From assembly GCF_963921235.1 (NCBI RefSeq), contig NC_086097.1, positions 233,246,001-233,310,000 of the forward strand: a stretch of 64,000 nucleotides of DNA, read 5' to 3'. Below, piece by piece: positions 10,648 to 21,190 of this stretch. Both the position numbers and the translations under genes were made by a program. Under the pieces are notes generated by a model. It worked only from the letters and a program-made list of their open reading frames with translations. It ran no database searches and was not told where the DNA came from. The DNA is from Mobula hypostoma. Taxonomy: Eukaryota. The first letter of the stretch is position 1, and each line of letters begins with the position of its first letter.

Positions 10648-11589
10648 TTATAGGAAATTATAGGAAAGATGTCAACAAAATTGAGAGAGTACAGAGAAGG
10701 TTTACTAGAATGCTACCTGGGTTTCATCACCTAAGTTACAGAGAAGGGTTGAACAAGTTGGGTCTTTATTCTTTGGAATGTAGAAGGTTGAGGGGGGACT
10801 TGATAGAGGTATTTAAAATTATGAGGGGGATTGATAGAGTTGATGTGGATAGACTTTTTCCATTGAGAGTAGGGGGAGATTCAAACAAGAGGACATGAGT
10901 TGAGAGTTAAAGGGCAAAAGTTTAGGGGCAACATGAGGGGGAACTTCTTTACTCAGAGAGTGGTAGTTGTGTGGAACGAGCTTCCAGCAGAAGTGGTTGA
11001 GGCAGGTTCGATGTTGTCGTTTAAAGTTAAATTGGATAGGTATATGGACAGGAAAGGAATGGAGGGTTATGGGCTGAGTGCAGGTCGGTGGGACTAGGTG
11101 AGAGTAAGAGTTCGGCATGGACTAGAAGGGCCGAGATGGCCTGTTTCCATGCTGTAATTGTTATATGGTTATATGGTAAATAGTGAGGAATTTAATGGTT
11201 CTGCCAAGTAGAGGTGAAGGATGTATGATAATGTGTGTCACAGCATATATTTGCCTTTTGATCAAATTAGGCTGTATGAATACTTAAAAAACACCCATGT
11301 GCATAAATATTTGATTGTAGCATGTGTGCGCAAGTACGGAACTCTTACTAAAAAAAAGTGGGGGATGAAGTTATAGATGGGGTTTGAATTTCTTTCTCAT
11401 TTGGAAGGATGACCTACTAAGGCTTATTTTAAGTTAGTGGATTTTATTGCTGCTGCCAATACAGTCACCTTCACAGTGGGGAAACCAGATGGCAATTGTA
11501 TGATCATTTTGCGGAGGCCCCCGCCCCCAAAGATCCAACACTGAGCTTCCAGGTGCCTGTCACGTGGATTCTTTATCCCATTCCACGAG

Positions 11590-12160
11590 CAAAGTTCGAA
11601 GTAAATTTATTACCAAAGTACATATATGTCATCATATACTACCCTGAGATTCATTTTTTTGCAGACATTCAGAATAGAACAAAGAAGTACAATAGAATCA
11701 ATGAAAAACTACACATAAACAAAGACAATCAATCTGCAAAAGACAAACTGTATGAATACAAATTAAGAAATAATAATAAATAAATGGATAAATAGTTAAA
11801 TAAATAAATAATAAATACCGTGAACATGGGTTGTAGAGTTCTTGATCGTGATTCCATAGATTGTGGAATTAGTTCAAGTTAAGGTGGGTGAAACTATCCA
11901 CACTGGTTCAGGAACCTGATGGTTGAAGAGTAATAGTTGTTTCTGAACCTGGTGATGTGTGACCTAAGGGGCCAGGATGATGGGGTCCTTGATGATGGAT
12001 GCTACTTTCTTATGGCAGTACTCCTTGCAGATGTGCTAAATAGTAGGAATGGCTTTTTTTCTGTGTCTATTACTTTTTGTAGGCTTTTCCATTCTTGGAT
12101 ATTGGTGTTTCCATACTAGGTCATCATGCAACCAGTCAGGATACTCCCCACTGTGCAATT
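11590..12160 (-). mobile_element. Old Rex1/Babar-like LINE 3' fragment
   Basis: Similar to the interrupted repeat at ~2270-3240 and to other Rex-type 3' ends. Confidence 0.5.
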
Positions 12161-12331
12161 ATATCCTATTTGGTTTTGACCTTTTTTGTAAAGTTTTAGG
12201 AAATGCATCTTGTTTATCAGTAAAGCACATGACATCCTTTTGAACTGAAGAATAAGTTGAACTATTACACTCAATAATTCTGCTGTTCCTGTTTCCAGTT
12301 GTTCGTGTTTACTTGTCCCATCATACTCACT

Positions 12332-12640
12332 ATAATAATAGGCATCCGTTAGTCTCGTGAGACCATAGATTTGCACCTTGGAAGGTTTCCAGCGCGCAGG
12401 CCTGGGCAAGATTGCATGGAAGACCGGCAGTTGCCCATATTGCAAGTTTCCTCTCTCCACGCTACCGATGTTGTTCAAGGGAAGGGCATTAGGACCCATA
12501 CAGGTTGGCACCAGTGTCGTCACAGAACAATTGTGGTTAAGTGCCTTGCTCAAGGACACAACACGCTGCCTCAGCCAAGGCTTGAACTAGCGACCTTCAG
12601 ACCACGAGACAAACTCCTTAACCATTTGGCCACACGCCTC
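12332..12640 (-). mobile_element. tRNA-derived SINE
   Basis: Minus-strand head GGCGTGTGGCCAAATGGTTAAGG (A box) ... AGTTCAAGCC (B-box-like). Sister copy at 18757-19045. Confidence 0.75.
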
Positions 12641-12851
12641 CCTATAGGTTTGTATTAACATTTCCTCAGCTACATAATCTCTCCTGTTTTCCCTTCCTTA
12701 TCCCAAACCTTTTCCTTCCCCTTCCTTATTTTCTCAACATTTAAAATATCTTTTATTTCTAACTTCAGTCCATCTGATGCAAAAGCTTTTTGTTGAATTT
12801 CTATTTAATTCTTCATTTACCAGACAGCTGTTCATGTTTTGCTCAGAGACA

Positions 12852-13785
12852 AGTTTAATTATCATTCAACCATACATGAATATAATCAAATGAAATAGCA
12901 TACCTCTGGGCCCACAGCCAAGGTACAAAACACATTACCAAGAGCACACAGCACACTGCACATGGCAAAGAAAACCCATAGTTACAATTTCAGAAAAATA
13001 TGCAGCCATAAAGAAAATATAATAATACAGCTCAAGAGTGGTATGGGTGTACAATTGATGGTAAGTTGGCCTGGTCCAGCTTGTTCTTCCACTGAGCGAA
13101 CACCAGGGGTCAGCACCGACGGGAGTGGCCAGCCCCCAAAACAAGTGTGGATCCCAGTGATTCCAGCAGGGTCTCCCCACACTGCCTCAGCGTTTCCTCT
13201 CCTGGTTGGCTGCAACAGGCAATCCCGCTGCCTCAGCCTAGTCCTCGCAACAACTGAGGAGACACAGCTGCCCGCTGTGGGTCTTGCCAATGAACCAGTG
13301 AACCAACACTCACAACACGCTGGAGGAACTCAGCAGGTCGGGCAGCATCCGTGGAAACGATCAGTCAACGTTTCAGGTCGGAACCCTTCATCAGAACTGT
13401 AGAAGGAAGGGGCAGAGGCCCTATAAAGAAGGTGGGAGTGTCGCTTTGACCCCAGCATCTGCAGATTATTTTGTGTTTACCAGTGAACCAGACTTACAGT
13501 ATTTTACGTGACCATTGTCCAATAATAAAAATATCCCAAGAAACCACTTGCATTGCGCACTGTCCAGCAGTACATGACAAGTCCAGACAACAACGCATTA
13601 ACGGTACACATGAAGTCCAGCTCTATTTCTATCGAGCAATTTTCTGATGGGATAGTCCTGCAGTACTTAATGTTCTTCATATTCTGAAGTGACCTGTGAT
13701 CGTAAGAAAGAGAAACAACTTGAACAAATACTGTATAGATTGGACCTGGAGAGGCCACTATGTCTCAATGTGCCGCCATCTTCAC
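12852..13785 (-). mobile_element. Probable non-autonomous retroelement with AAGATGGCGGC head, interrupted by a Penelope repeat
   Basis: Minus strand starts GAAGATGGCGGCAC at ~13783. LINE-like 3' end near 12855. Confidence 0.45.
13306..13478 (-). mobile_element. Penelope pseudo-LTR mini-insertion with 12-bp direct repeat
   Basis: Flanked by ACCAGTGAACCA (13294-13305 and 13479-13490). Contains a hammerhead-like core at 13362-13399. Confidence 0.75.
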
Positions 13786-14039
13786 GGTAGGGAACAACAT
13801 GGAAACAATCCACTTGGCCCACTGAGTCTGTGCCAACTATATAACTAACCCTGAATTAATCCCATTTTGTTCTTGCTACATCCCACCAACTCATCCTAGA
13901 TTCTACCACTCACCTGCACTCTGGGTACATTGGCCAATTAATCCAGCAAAACACGTGCCATTCATATACTGGTGAAAACAGGAGCACGCAAAAGAAACTT
14001 ACATGAATATAAGGGAGGATGTGCAAATTACACACAGGT

Positions 14040-15080
14040 TGTCATGATCCCTGTGGCTTGCCATAAAGCATTGAGCTTCTGGAGTTTCTGAGCAGCTGTG
14101 TTCATTAGTCATTGTCTTAACTAGAGTCATTGAGGCCTTGTGCTTTTGGCTTAGTCTTGTCAAGTTAATTGTAGCTGGCACATGTTTCCCGCATTCTCTG
14201 AGTATTTAAAGAGGACTCTCATTCCCATATGGGGTCCTTGTGTCAGAGAGGATGAATTCTCGTGGTGTCGCTCAATCGCTCCCCCGAGGCTCTGAATCCA
14301 ACGTTTAACCTCTTGTTTCCATCTCTTGCTGGGGATCCTGCCGTTCCTCTGCACCTGGGTCCAGTCCTTTGTGAGTGCCCGGTGACAGAAAACCCCCCAT
14401 AGCTATGGACCCAGTAGAGGTTCTGAGCTTCTCCAATCTTCGTGTTCAAGAATTTTTTCAAGGATTGTATGGATCAACAAGATTCGTATGGCCTCCCATG
14501 TTATGCCTCTTTTTTTATCGAGGTATACCCTATATTTCCTGGTCAAGCACAGTCTTTGAGCCATATGATCTTGTTATGCTTCCAGGTGAAATGCAAGGTT
14601 TCCAAGTTACACGCTATATTTCCAAGTTATATGCTACGTTTCTGAGTCAATTGGGATGTTTCCATTTTATATGCTTTGTTTGCAAGTTACATGCTATGTT
14701 TCCAAGTTTATGCTATGTTTCGAGCTCCAGATCTGCCTTGTGTTTTTTCAGGCTTGCCTCGGGACCATCAGAACTGTTTCGGATTTCCCAACACTGCCTC
14801 GAGCTCCTGGTCTGCCATCTGTTTTCCATTCCTGCCTCAAGAGCGCCCTGGGCCATCAGGTGTCAGCCGTAGTGGGGGGAGCGGGGAGATACTGTCATGA
14901 TCCCTGTGGTTTGCCATAGAACATTCAGCTTCTGGGGTTTTGAGCAACTGTATTTACTAGTCAATGTCTTAACCAGAGTCGTTGAGCCCTTGTGCTTTTG
15001 GCTTAATCTTGTCAAGTTAATTGTGGTAGGCACATTTCCTGCATTCTCTGAGTATTTAAAGAGGATGCTCATTCAGTGCC
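14040..15080 (+). mobile_element. Miniature non-autonomous Gypsy-like LTR element (TRIM-like)
   Basis: 5' LTR TGTCA...TGACA at 14040-14387. Second LTR starts at 14893 after a purine tract and is truncated at ~15080. Internal part starts with gag-like ATGGACCCAG (MDPVE). Confidence 0.7.
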
Positions 15081-15087
15081 TTATAGG

Positions 15088-15598
15088 GTCTTCTAGGGTG
15101 CATCACAACCTGGTATGGAATTTGTCCTGTCCAAGACCAGAAGAAGCTGCAGAAAATCGCGAACACTTTGCAGCACATCACACAAACCAATCTTCCGTCC
15201 TTGGACTCACTTTCAACCGCACGCTGTCGGAGCAGTGCTGCCAGGATAATGAAGGACACGACCCACCCAGCCAACACACTATTCGTCCCTCTTCCCTCCG
15301 GGAGAATGCTCAAGAGCTTGAAGACTCAGATGGCCAGATTTGGGAACTGTGATAAGACTGCTGAATGGATCCTGACCCGGATCTGGGCCGTAGCCTCCAA
15401 GTATCCGGACCTGCCTCTTGGTTTTTTTGCACTAACTTACTTTCCATTTTTCTACTTTCTATTAATGATTTATAATTTAAATGTTTAATATTTACTATTG
15501 ATTTGTAATCCAGGGAGCGGGGAGCGCAGAATCAAATATCGCTGTGATAATTCTATGTTCTAGTATCAATTGTTTGGCGACAATAAAGTATAAAGTAC
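15088..15598 (+). mobile_element. Rex1/Babar-like LINE 3' fragment, (TAAAGTA)n tail
   Basis: Near-identical to 54090-54640. Confidence 0.8.
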
Positions 15599-15604
15599 AA
15601 AGGC

Positions 15605-16380
15605 TGCTGTAACTACTCCTTGGTGGTAAGAATGTGAAGAGGGCATTCCCTAGATGATAGGGGCCTTAATGATCGAGGCAGCTTTATTGAGGCAATACCT
15701 TTTGAAGGCAGCCTCAAAGCTGGGGAGGTTAGTGCCCATGATGGATGGAACTGGCTGAGTTTACAACTTCCTGAAGCTTTTTCCGATCCTATGCAGAGGT
15801 CCCTGCATGCCAGAAAGTGATTGCACACCAATTAGAATGCTCTCCAGAGTACATCTGTAGAAATTTGCAAGTGTCTTTGGTGTCATACCAACTCTCCTCA
15901 AACTCCTATTGAAGTATAATTGCTGTCATGCCTTCTTTGTGATTACATCAATAGACCATCAGAGATATTGACACCCAAGAACTTGAAACTGCTCACCCTT
16001 TCCACTTCTGATTCCTCGATGAGGACTTATACGTGTTCCCTCAACTTATCCTTCTTGAAGTCCACAATCAATTTCTTGGCTTTACTGATGTTGAGGGCAA
16101 GGTTGTTGTTGTGACACCTCTCAACCAGCTGATCTATCTTGCTCCTGTATGCTTCCTCATCACCATCTGAAATTCTGTCAACAATGTGTTGCGGCAAATT
16201 TATAGATGGCCTTTGATCTGTGCCTACCTACCCAGTCGTGGGTGTAGAGACAGTAGAGTGTGCATCCTTGAGGCACACCAGTGTTGATTGTCAGTGAGGA
16301 GGAGATGTTATTTCAGATCTACACAGACTGTGGTCTCCCAGTGTTGAAGACAAGAATCCAGTTGCAGAGACCCAAGTTTT
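15605..16380 (-). mobile_element. Decayed Rex1/Babar-like RT fragment
   Basis: Similar to 40860-41600 (for example AACTTGAAACTGCTCACCCTTTCCACTTCTGA). Confidence 0.65.
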
Positions 16381-16382
16381 GG

Positions 16383-16700
16383 GGTAGATAAATCCCCTCA
16401 TAAGGTACTCCTTCGGATGTTGTGGGATGCGAGTGCAGAAATTGCAGAGGATCTAGTGGAGGTATTTAAATTGTCCTTAGCCGTGAGTCAGGTGCCTGAG
16501 GATTGGAGGATAGCTAATGTTGTTCCATCATTTAAGAAAGCCTCTAAGTATAAGCCAGGAAATTACAGGTTGGTGAGCCTGACATCAGCAGTGGGAAGTG
16601 TCCTAAAGGACTGGATATGTAAGTACTTGGATAGACAGGGACTTATTAGGGATAGTCAGCATGGCTTGTTTCTGTGCTGTATTCTCTGTGACTCTATGAC
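16383..16700 (+). mobile_element. CR1 fragment with internal deletion
   Basis: VPEDWRIANVVP...GNYRLVSLTS...DSQHG joined directly to a CR1 3' terminus (TGACTCTATGAC). Confidence 0.7.
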
Positions 16701-16894
16701 ACGATACATGAAGAAAAGATGTCTTACCAAGGACTTGCAGTTCATAACTGCAGGGGAGCAAGTACTCGAGATCACCATCTTCTGGTATGAGAGAGGGTTT
16801 TATGGGGATCTACCAGACACCTGGACCAAATTAAGCAATAATGATAGATAATTCATGTACACGCTTTTAAAAAAGATTGAATGAAATGTGAAAC

Positions 16895-17245
16895 AGAAAG
16901 ATTTGTATTACTGTTTTATATCACTTTCAGAAATATTTTGAAATGTTTTATAGCCAGTTAAGTACTTTTTAAAGAAAGAATCACTGGTGTTAAATGGAAT
17001 ACAAACAGGGTAGCTAAGTTAGAAACTAAGCAAAATCCTTCAAACTCTAGTTTGATAAAGACCAGTTAATCTAAGATATTGATTAAGAGATAAATATTGA
17101 CAAGGACAGGCTCTCTGCTTCTCTCTGAAATAGTGCCATGGGGTCTCTCTCACATCATTTAGTATACTGAAGTGGAGACTTAGCTTAATATAACATTTGA
17201 AAGTCCATATTTTTGACAGTGTATCAATCTGGATTTTGTGCTGAC
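16895..17245 (-). mobile_element. Ancient Deu-domain SINE (SacSINE1/AmnSINE-like)
   Basis: Deu-like blocks GAAATAGTGCCATGGG, GATAAATATTG and ATAGCCAGTTAAGTACTTTT, recognised from memory of the consensus. Confidence 0.55.
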
Positions 17246-17413
17246 TTGTCATAAAGATCACTGGAAATGTTCCTATTTTGGCTGTGCAGTCATTTCAAGT
17301 AGCCATTTATCATGTGCAACACAGCCAGCGAAACTTGACGCTACAAGTCTACAAAAAAGTTGAAAATACACCTTATGCAGGTACAGTACAGCATCACAGC
17401 CGTCCTGTTTATT

Positions 17414-17835
17414 AACTACCTACTGCCCATTACGGTGCTGGTGTTTAAGTCAGCAATAAATGTCCTCCATCTCTGGTGGTGTTCAGAGCTACCTTCATTT
17501 TATCAGTAGCTCGGTTTTCACTACTGTCAGTCGTGCAAGTCCTGAGTGGAGATTCAGGAATACAATCACACTCAGATGTAGAGGGATTCTTTATTGCTGT
17601 TTCCATAATAGTTTTATTTTACCAGTCAGGGTCATTAGCCTTGAGCTGAACCACCTAATCTGGAAAATTGATGGACCACCCTTAGTCTGGCCTCTACTCT
17701 TCGACCTGTTTGGCATGGGTGACCGTACCAAAAGCCAAAGCGTAAAAGCCTGACTCCATCCAACATTGCTCTCTAGGTCATTGAGCACACACAAGCCTCC
17801 AAACCCTACGACAAGGTCATGGTCCTCTTGGAGGT
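17414..17835 (-). mobile_element. Bipartite non-autonomous RTE-clade element
   Basis: Perfect 12-bp TSD GTCCTGTTTATT (17402-17413 / 17836-17847). Minus-strand head resembles the fish RTE (Rex3/Expander) 5' UTR. Confidence 0.7.
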
Positions 17836-18299
17836 GTCCTGTTTATTGTATACACCTTATGCACCTACAGCAGCTGGATTTTCACTTTGCGATTTACATT
17901 TTACAGGTATGAAAACCAAAAGGTAGTGATGGAGTCTGAGATGAAGAGTTCAAAACGGGATGATGCATTGTGTCATTTATGTGCTTAGCTAGACATAGAT
18001 GTTCTACCCTGGAGGCTATTGATATCCCTGAGAATCAATGGTAAGACTCAGTAAATTTGCAGAGAGGACTTCCATCCACACTAGCCATTTTCTTAGATGC
18101 GAACAAGACCAGCACAACTGTGACTAAATTGTTTGACTGTGACCTGTAAATGAGTTCATGTAACTTCAGCATGGTCTTACGCACCTGTACGTCTCTACTG
18201 CAGTTTTACAGAGCGCCACTGACTGGCATCAAAATGGTTTTTATCAATGTGCTGGCTGTGAAGAACTGCCGGTTTTAGACAGTGCAGATTTATTTAAAT

Positions 18300-18510
18300 T
18301 TATTTAGAGGTACAGCACAATTATTAAGCCCATAACATCCATGCGAACTATTAACCTACTAACCCTTAAGCTTTTGGAATGTGGGAGGAAACTGGAGGAA
18401 ACACACGTGGTCAAAGGAAGAGCAGACAAACTCCGTATGGACAGCGGTGGAATTGAACCCATGTCACTGACACTGCAATGGTGTTGTGCTAACCACTGGG
18501 CCACCCTATG
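18300..18510 (-). mobile_element. V-SINE/HE1-like SINE
   Basis: TTTGGAATGTGGGAGGAAACTGGAG core and tRNA-like head. Related copies at ~2060-2240, ~13790-14035, ~30455-30850 and ~52760-52980. Confidence 0.6.
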
Positions 18511-18756
18511 TGCTGGGTGTGAGCATGGACAGCTGAACTCCTGTCCCAATTTCCAGTCCCCACCTGTTATCCTGCCTCTGTCCCTTACCCAGACGCTGTC
18601 TTCTCTGTCGTTTTTGGGTCTGACTCTGATGGAAAGCTCAACCTGCTGAGTCACCTTCAAGAACTCTACCACACATGTACTCAGTATTATTTATCTTTTA
18701 TTTGCATAATCTGTTTTCTTTTGCACTTTGGTTGTTTGTCAGTCTTCCACGTTCTT

Positions 18757-19045
18757 GGGCACGTGGCCACGTGGTTCAGGCATTCGACTAGTGATCTGAA
18801 GGTCATGAGTTCAAACCCCAGCCGAGGCAGCGTGTTAATCACACATTGCTCTGCGACGACACTGGTGCCAAGCTGTATCGGCCCTTGCCCTTCCCTTGGA
18901 CAACATTGGTGTCGTGGAGAGGGGAGACTTGCAGCATGGGCAACTGCTGGCCTTCCATACAACCTTGCCCAGGCCTGTGCCCTGGAGAGTGAAGACTTTC
19001 CAGGTGCAGATCCATGATCTCGCAAGACTAACGGATGCCTTTTAA
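18757..19045 (+). mobile_element. tRNA-derived SINE
   Basis: GTGGCCACGTGGTT A box, GAGTTCAAACC B box. Homologous to 12332-12640. Confidence 0.75.
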
Positions 19046-19660
19046 GTATTATATTTATTTTCCTGTAAATGCCTGCATGAAAAATAATCCCAAGGTCCCA
19101 TTCTAACGACACTATCTGGTATGTGTTGAAAGGTATCCCAAGTTCTATCTCAGTAACTGAGTAAACCTTCAGTATTTTTAATGGCCTGTCCAATAATAAT
19201 TTTGGAATTTTGGTGTTAGTATGGCACCAAATGTGATGCCTTTGAGTTTCAATGTTTAGGTTCCTGACACATGTAATCCATTGAATGTAAAGATGGTTCC
19301 ACTTGCCTCTGAGCAGCCAACTCTGAACAAGTTCAATTTCAACCTTTAAGAGAAGTTTGGCTAGATACATGGATGAGTAGAGTGTAGAGGGCTTTGGTCC
19401 TGTTGAAGGACAATGGGACTAGGCATTTTAAATGCCTATTAGATGGGCTGAAGGGTCTGTTTCTGCGCAGTACTTTTCTATGACTCTCTGACTCTGATGT
19501 CTTCAGGGTCCAAGGACAGGGAATTTTGACAGCAGCAGGATCATGACTTATTGGTAAATTCCCAGAAATGCAGCTGAGCAAACGTAATTTGATGGTTGTA
19601 TGCCAGCTGTCTGATTATAGAGTGTGTCGGTCATTGCAGTTTTCACAGATCTTTGGATTG

Positions 19661-19663
<3 letters not shown>

Positions 19664-19758
<95 letters not shown>

Positions 19759-19762
19759 GTGT
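19664..19762. repeat. (GT)n microsatellite
   Basis: About 100 bp of GT dinucleotide with two T interruptions. Confidence 0.98.
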
Positions 19763-19897
19763 ACGTGCGCAGCTGATGGCCCTGTACATGAGAAAAAGGA
19801 AAATCAAAATGTATTTACATTCTGATCAGATTACTGCAGGTAAAGTTCACACCTTCATTGGCTCTGACAAAGAAACCAAGGGAGATTTTGGATATCA

Positions 19898-20685
19898 CGC
19901 AAACACGAGGAAATCTGCAGATGCTGGAAATTCAAGCAACACACACAAAAAATGCTGGTGAACGCAGCAGACCAGGCAGCATCTGTAGGAAGAAGTACAG
20001 TCGATGTTTTGGGGTGAGACCCTTCGTCAGGACTCCCAGCCTGGTGTTTTGCTGAACACCTATGCTCTGTCTGCCAGAGAAAGCAGGATCTCCCAGTGGC
20101 CACACATTTTAATTCCACGTCCCATTCCCATTCTGACATGTCTATCCACGGCCTCCTCTACTGTAAAGATGAAGCCACACTCAGGTTGGAAGAACAACAC
20201 TTTATATTCCACCTGGGTAGCCTCCAACCTGATGGCATGAATATTGACTTCTCTAACTTGCGTTAATGTCCCTCCTCCACTTCGTACCCCATCCCTTATT
20301 TATTTATTTATTAATTTTTTTTTTTCCCCCTTTTGTTCTCTCTCTCTTTTTTCTCCCTCTGTCTCTCTCACTATAACTCCTTGCCCATCCTCTGGGCTCC
20401 CCTTCCCTTTCTTTCTCCCTAGGCCTCCTATCCCATGATCCTCTCCCTTCTCCAGCCTTGTATCCCTTTTGCCAATCAACTTTTCAACTCTTAGATCCAC
20501 CCCTCCCCCTCCTGTCTTTTCCTATCATTTTGGATCTCCCCCTCCCCCTCCGACTTTCAAATCTCTTACTAGCTCTTCTTTTAGTTAGTCCTGACGAAGG
20601 GTCTCGGGCTGAAACGTTGACTGTACCTCTTCCTAGAGATGCTGCCTGGCCTGCTACGTTCACCAGCATTTTTTTGTGTGTGTTT
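19898..20685 (+). mobile_element. Penelope-like element 3' fragment with inverted pseudo-LTR
   Basis: Endonuclease-region C-terminus DLPVATHFNSTSHSHSDM...LRLEEQHFIFHLGSLQPDGMNIDFSN at ~20087-20260. Pseudo-LTR at 20500-20685 and an inverted partial copy at 19898-20035. Confidence 0.85.
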
Positions 20686-20761
20686 CTTAGATATCACTTA
20701 ACTTTTACCTATATTGATTAGAAACATAGAAAACATTGGTTCTAAATGAACATAGTAATCT

Positions 20762-21190
20762 TGTCAGACTTGCACAGGCAGGCACCTCCCAGTCTTCACC
20801 CAGCTAATAGGAGTCACCTACCACTCATTTGCAACTCATCACCTGAAGCCTATTTAACCCAGCTCTCACCCACAGTCCCTGTTCACTCAGTGAACCAATC
20901 AGTTGTTCCTAGCCTTCAGTTAACTTGTTGTGTTAACCATCTATTTTCTCTTGTTTTGTGGCCCCTTGTGACTTGTTATTTTGCAGTTTATTACAAAAGT
21001 GATTGCTCACTACTAAAACATCCATGATGGTCCGTGTTTCGTTCAAGCTTCTTCTACATGCCCTGGCGGGATGAGTGAACAGGAACTGTGGATGAGAGCT
21101 GGGTTTAAAAAGGCCGTAGGTGAAGAGTTAGAAATGAGTAGAAGGTGACTCCTGTTAGCTGGGTGGAGACTGGGAAGTGCAGGCCTGACA
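20762..21190. repeat. LTR-like segment with ~125-bp inverted arms
   Basis: 20762-20890 is the reverse complement of 21070-21190; ends are TGTCAG...CTGACA. Confidence 0.65.

Larger units (their letters stand above)
8991..11177 (+). mobile_element. CR1 3' fragment carrying two nested insertions
   Basis: RT C-terminal ORFs (MEFNADKCEVLHFGR...), (GTTATATG)n tail at ~11160-11177. Same family as 48660-52700. Confidence 0.85.

Noticed and set aside
12560..12640. tRNA gene candidates here and at 18757-18830
   Set aside because: These are SINE heads with degenerate cloverleafs that continue into shared SINE bodies.
18687..19370. 227-aa minus-strand ORF
   Set aside because: Runs across a SINE, unique DNA and a CR1 tail; a chance open frame.
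19568..19961. Cys/Val-rich ORFs
   Set aside because: Translation of the (GT)n microsatellite.
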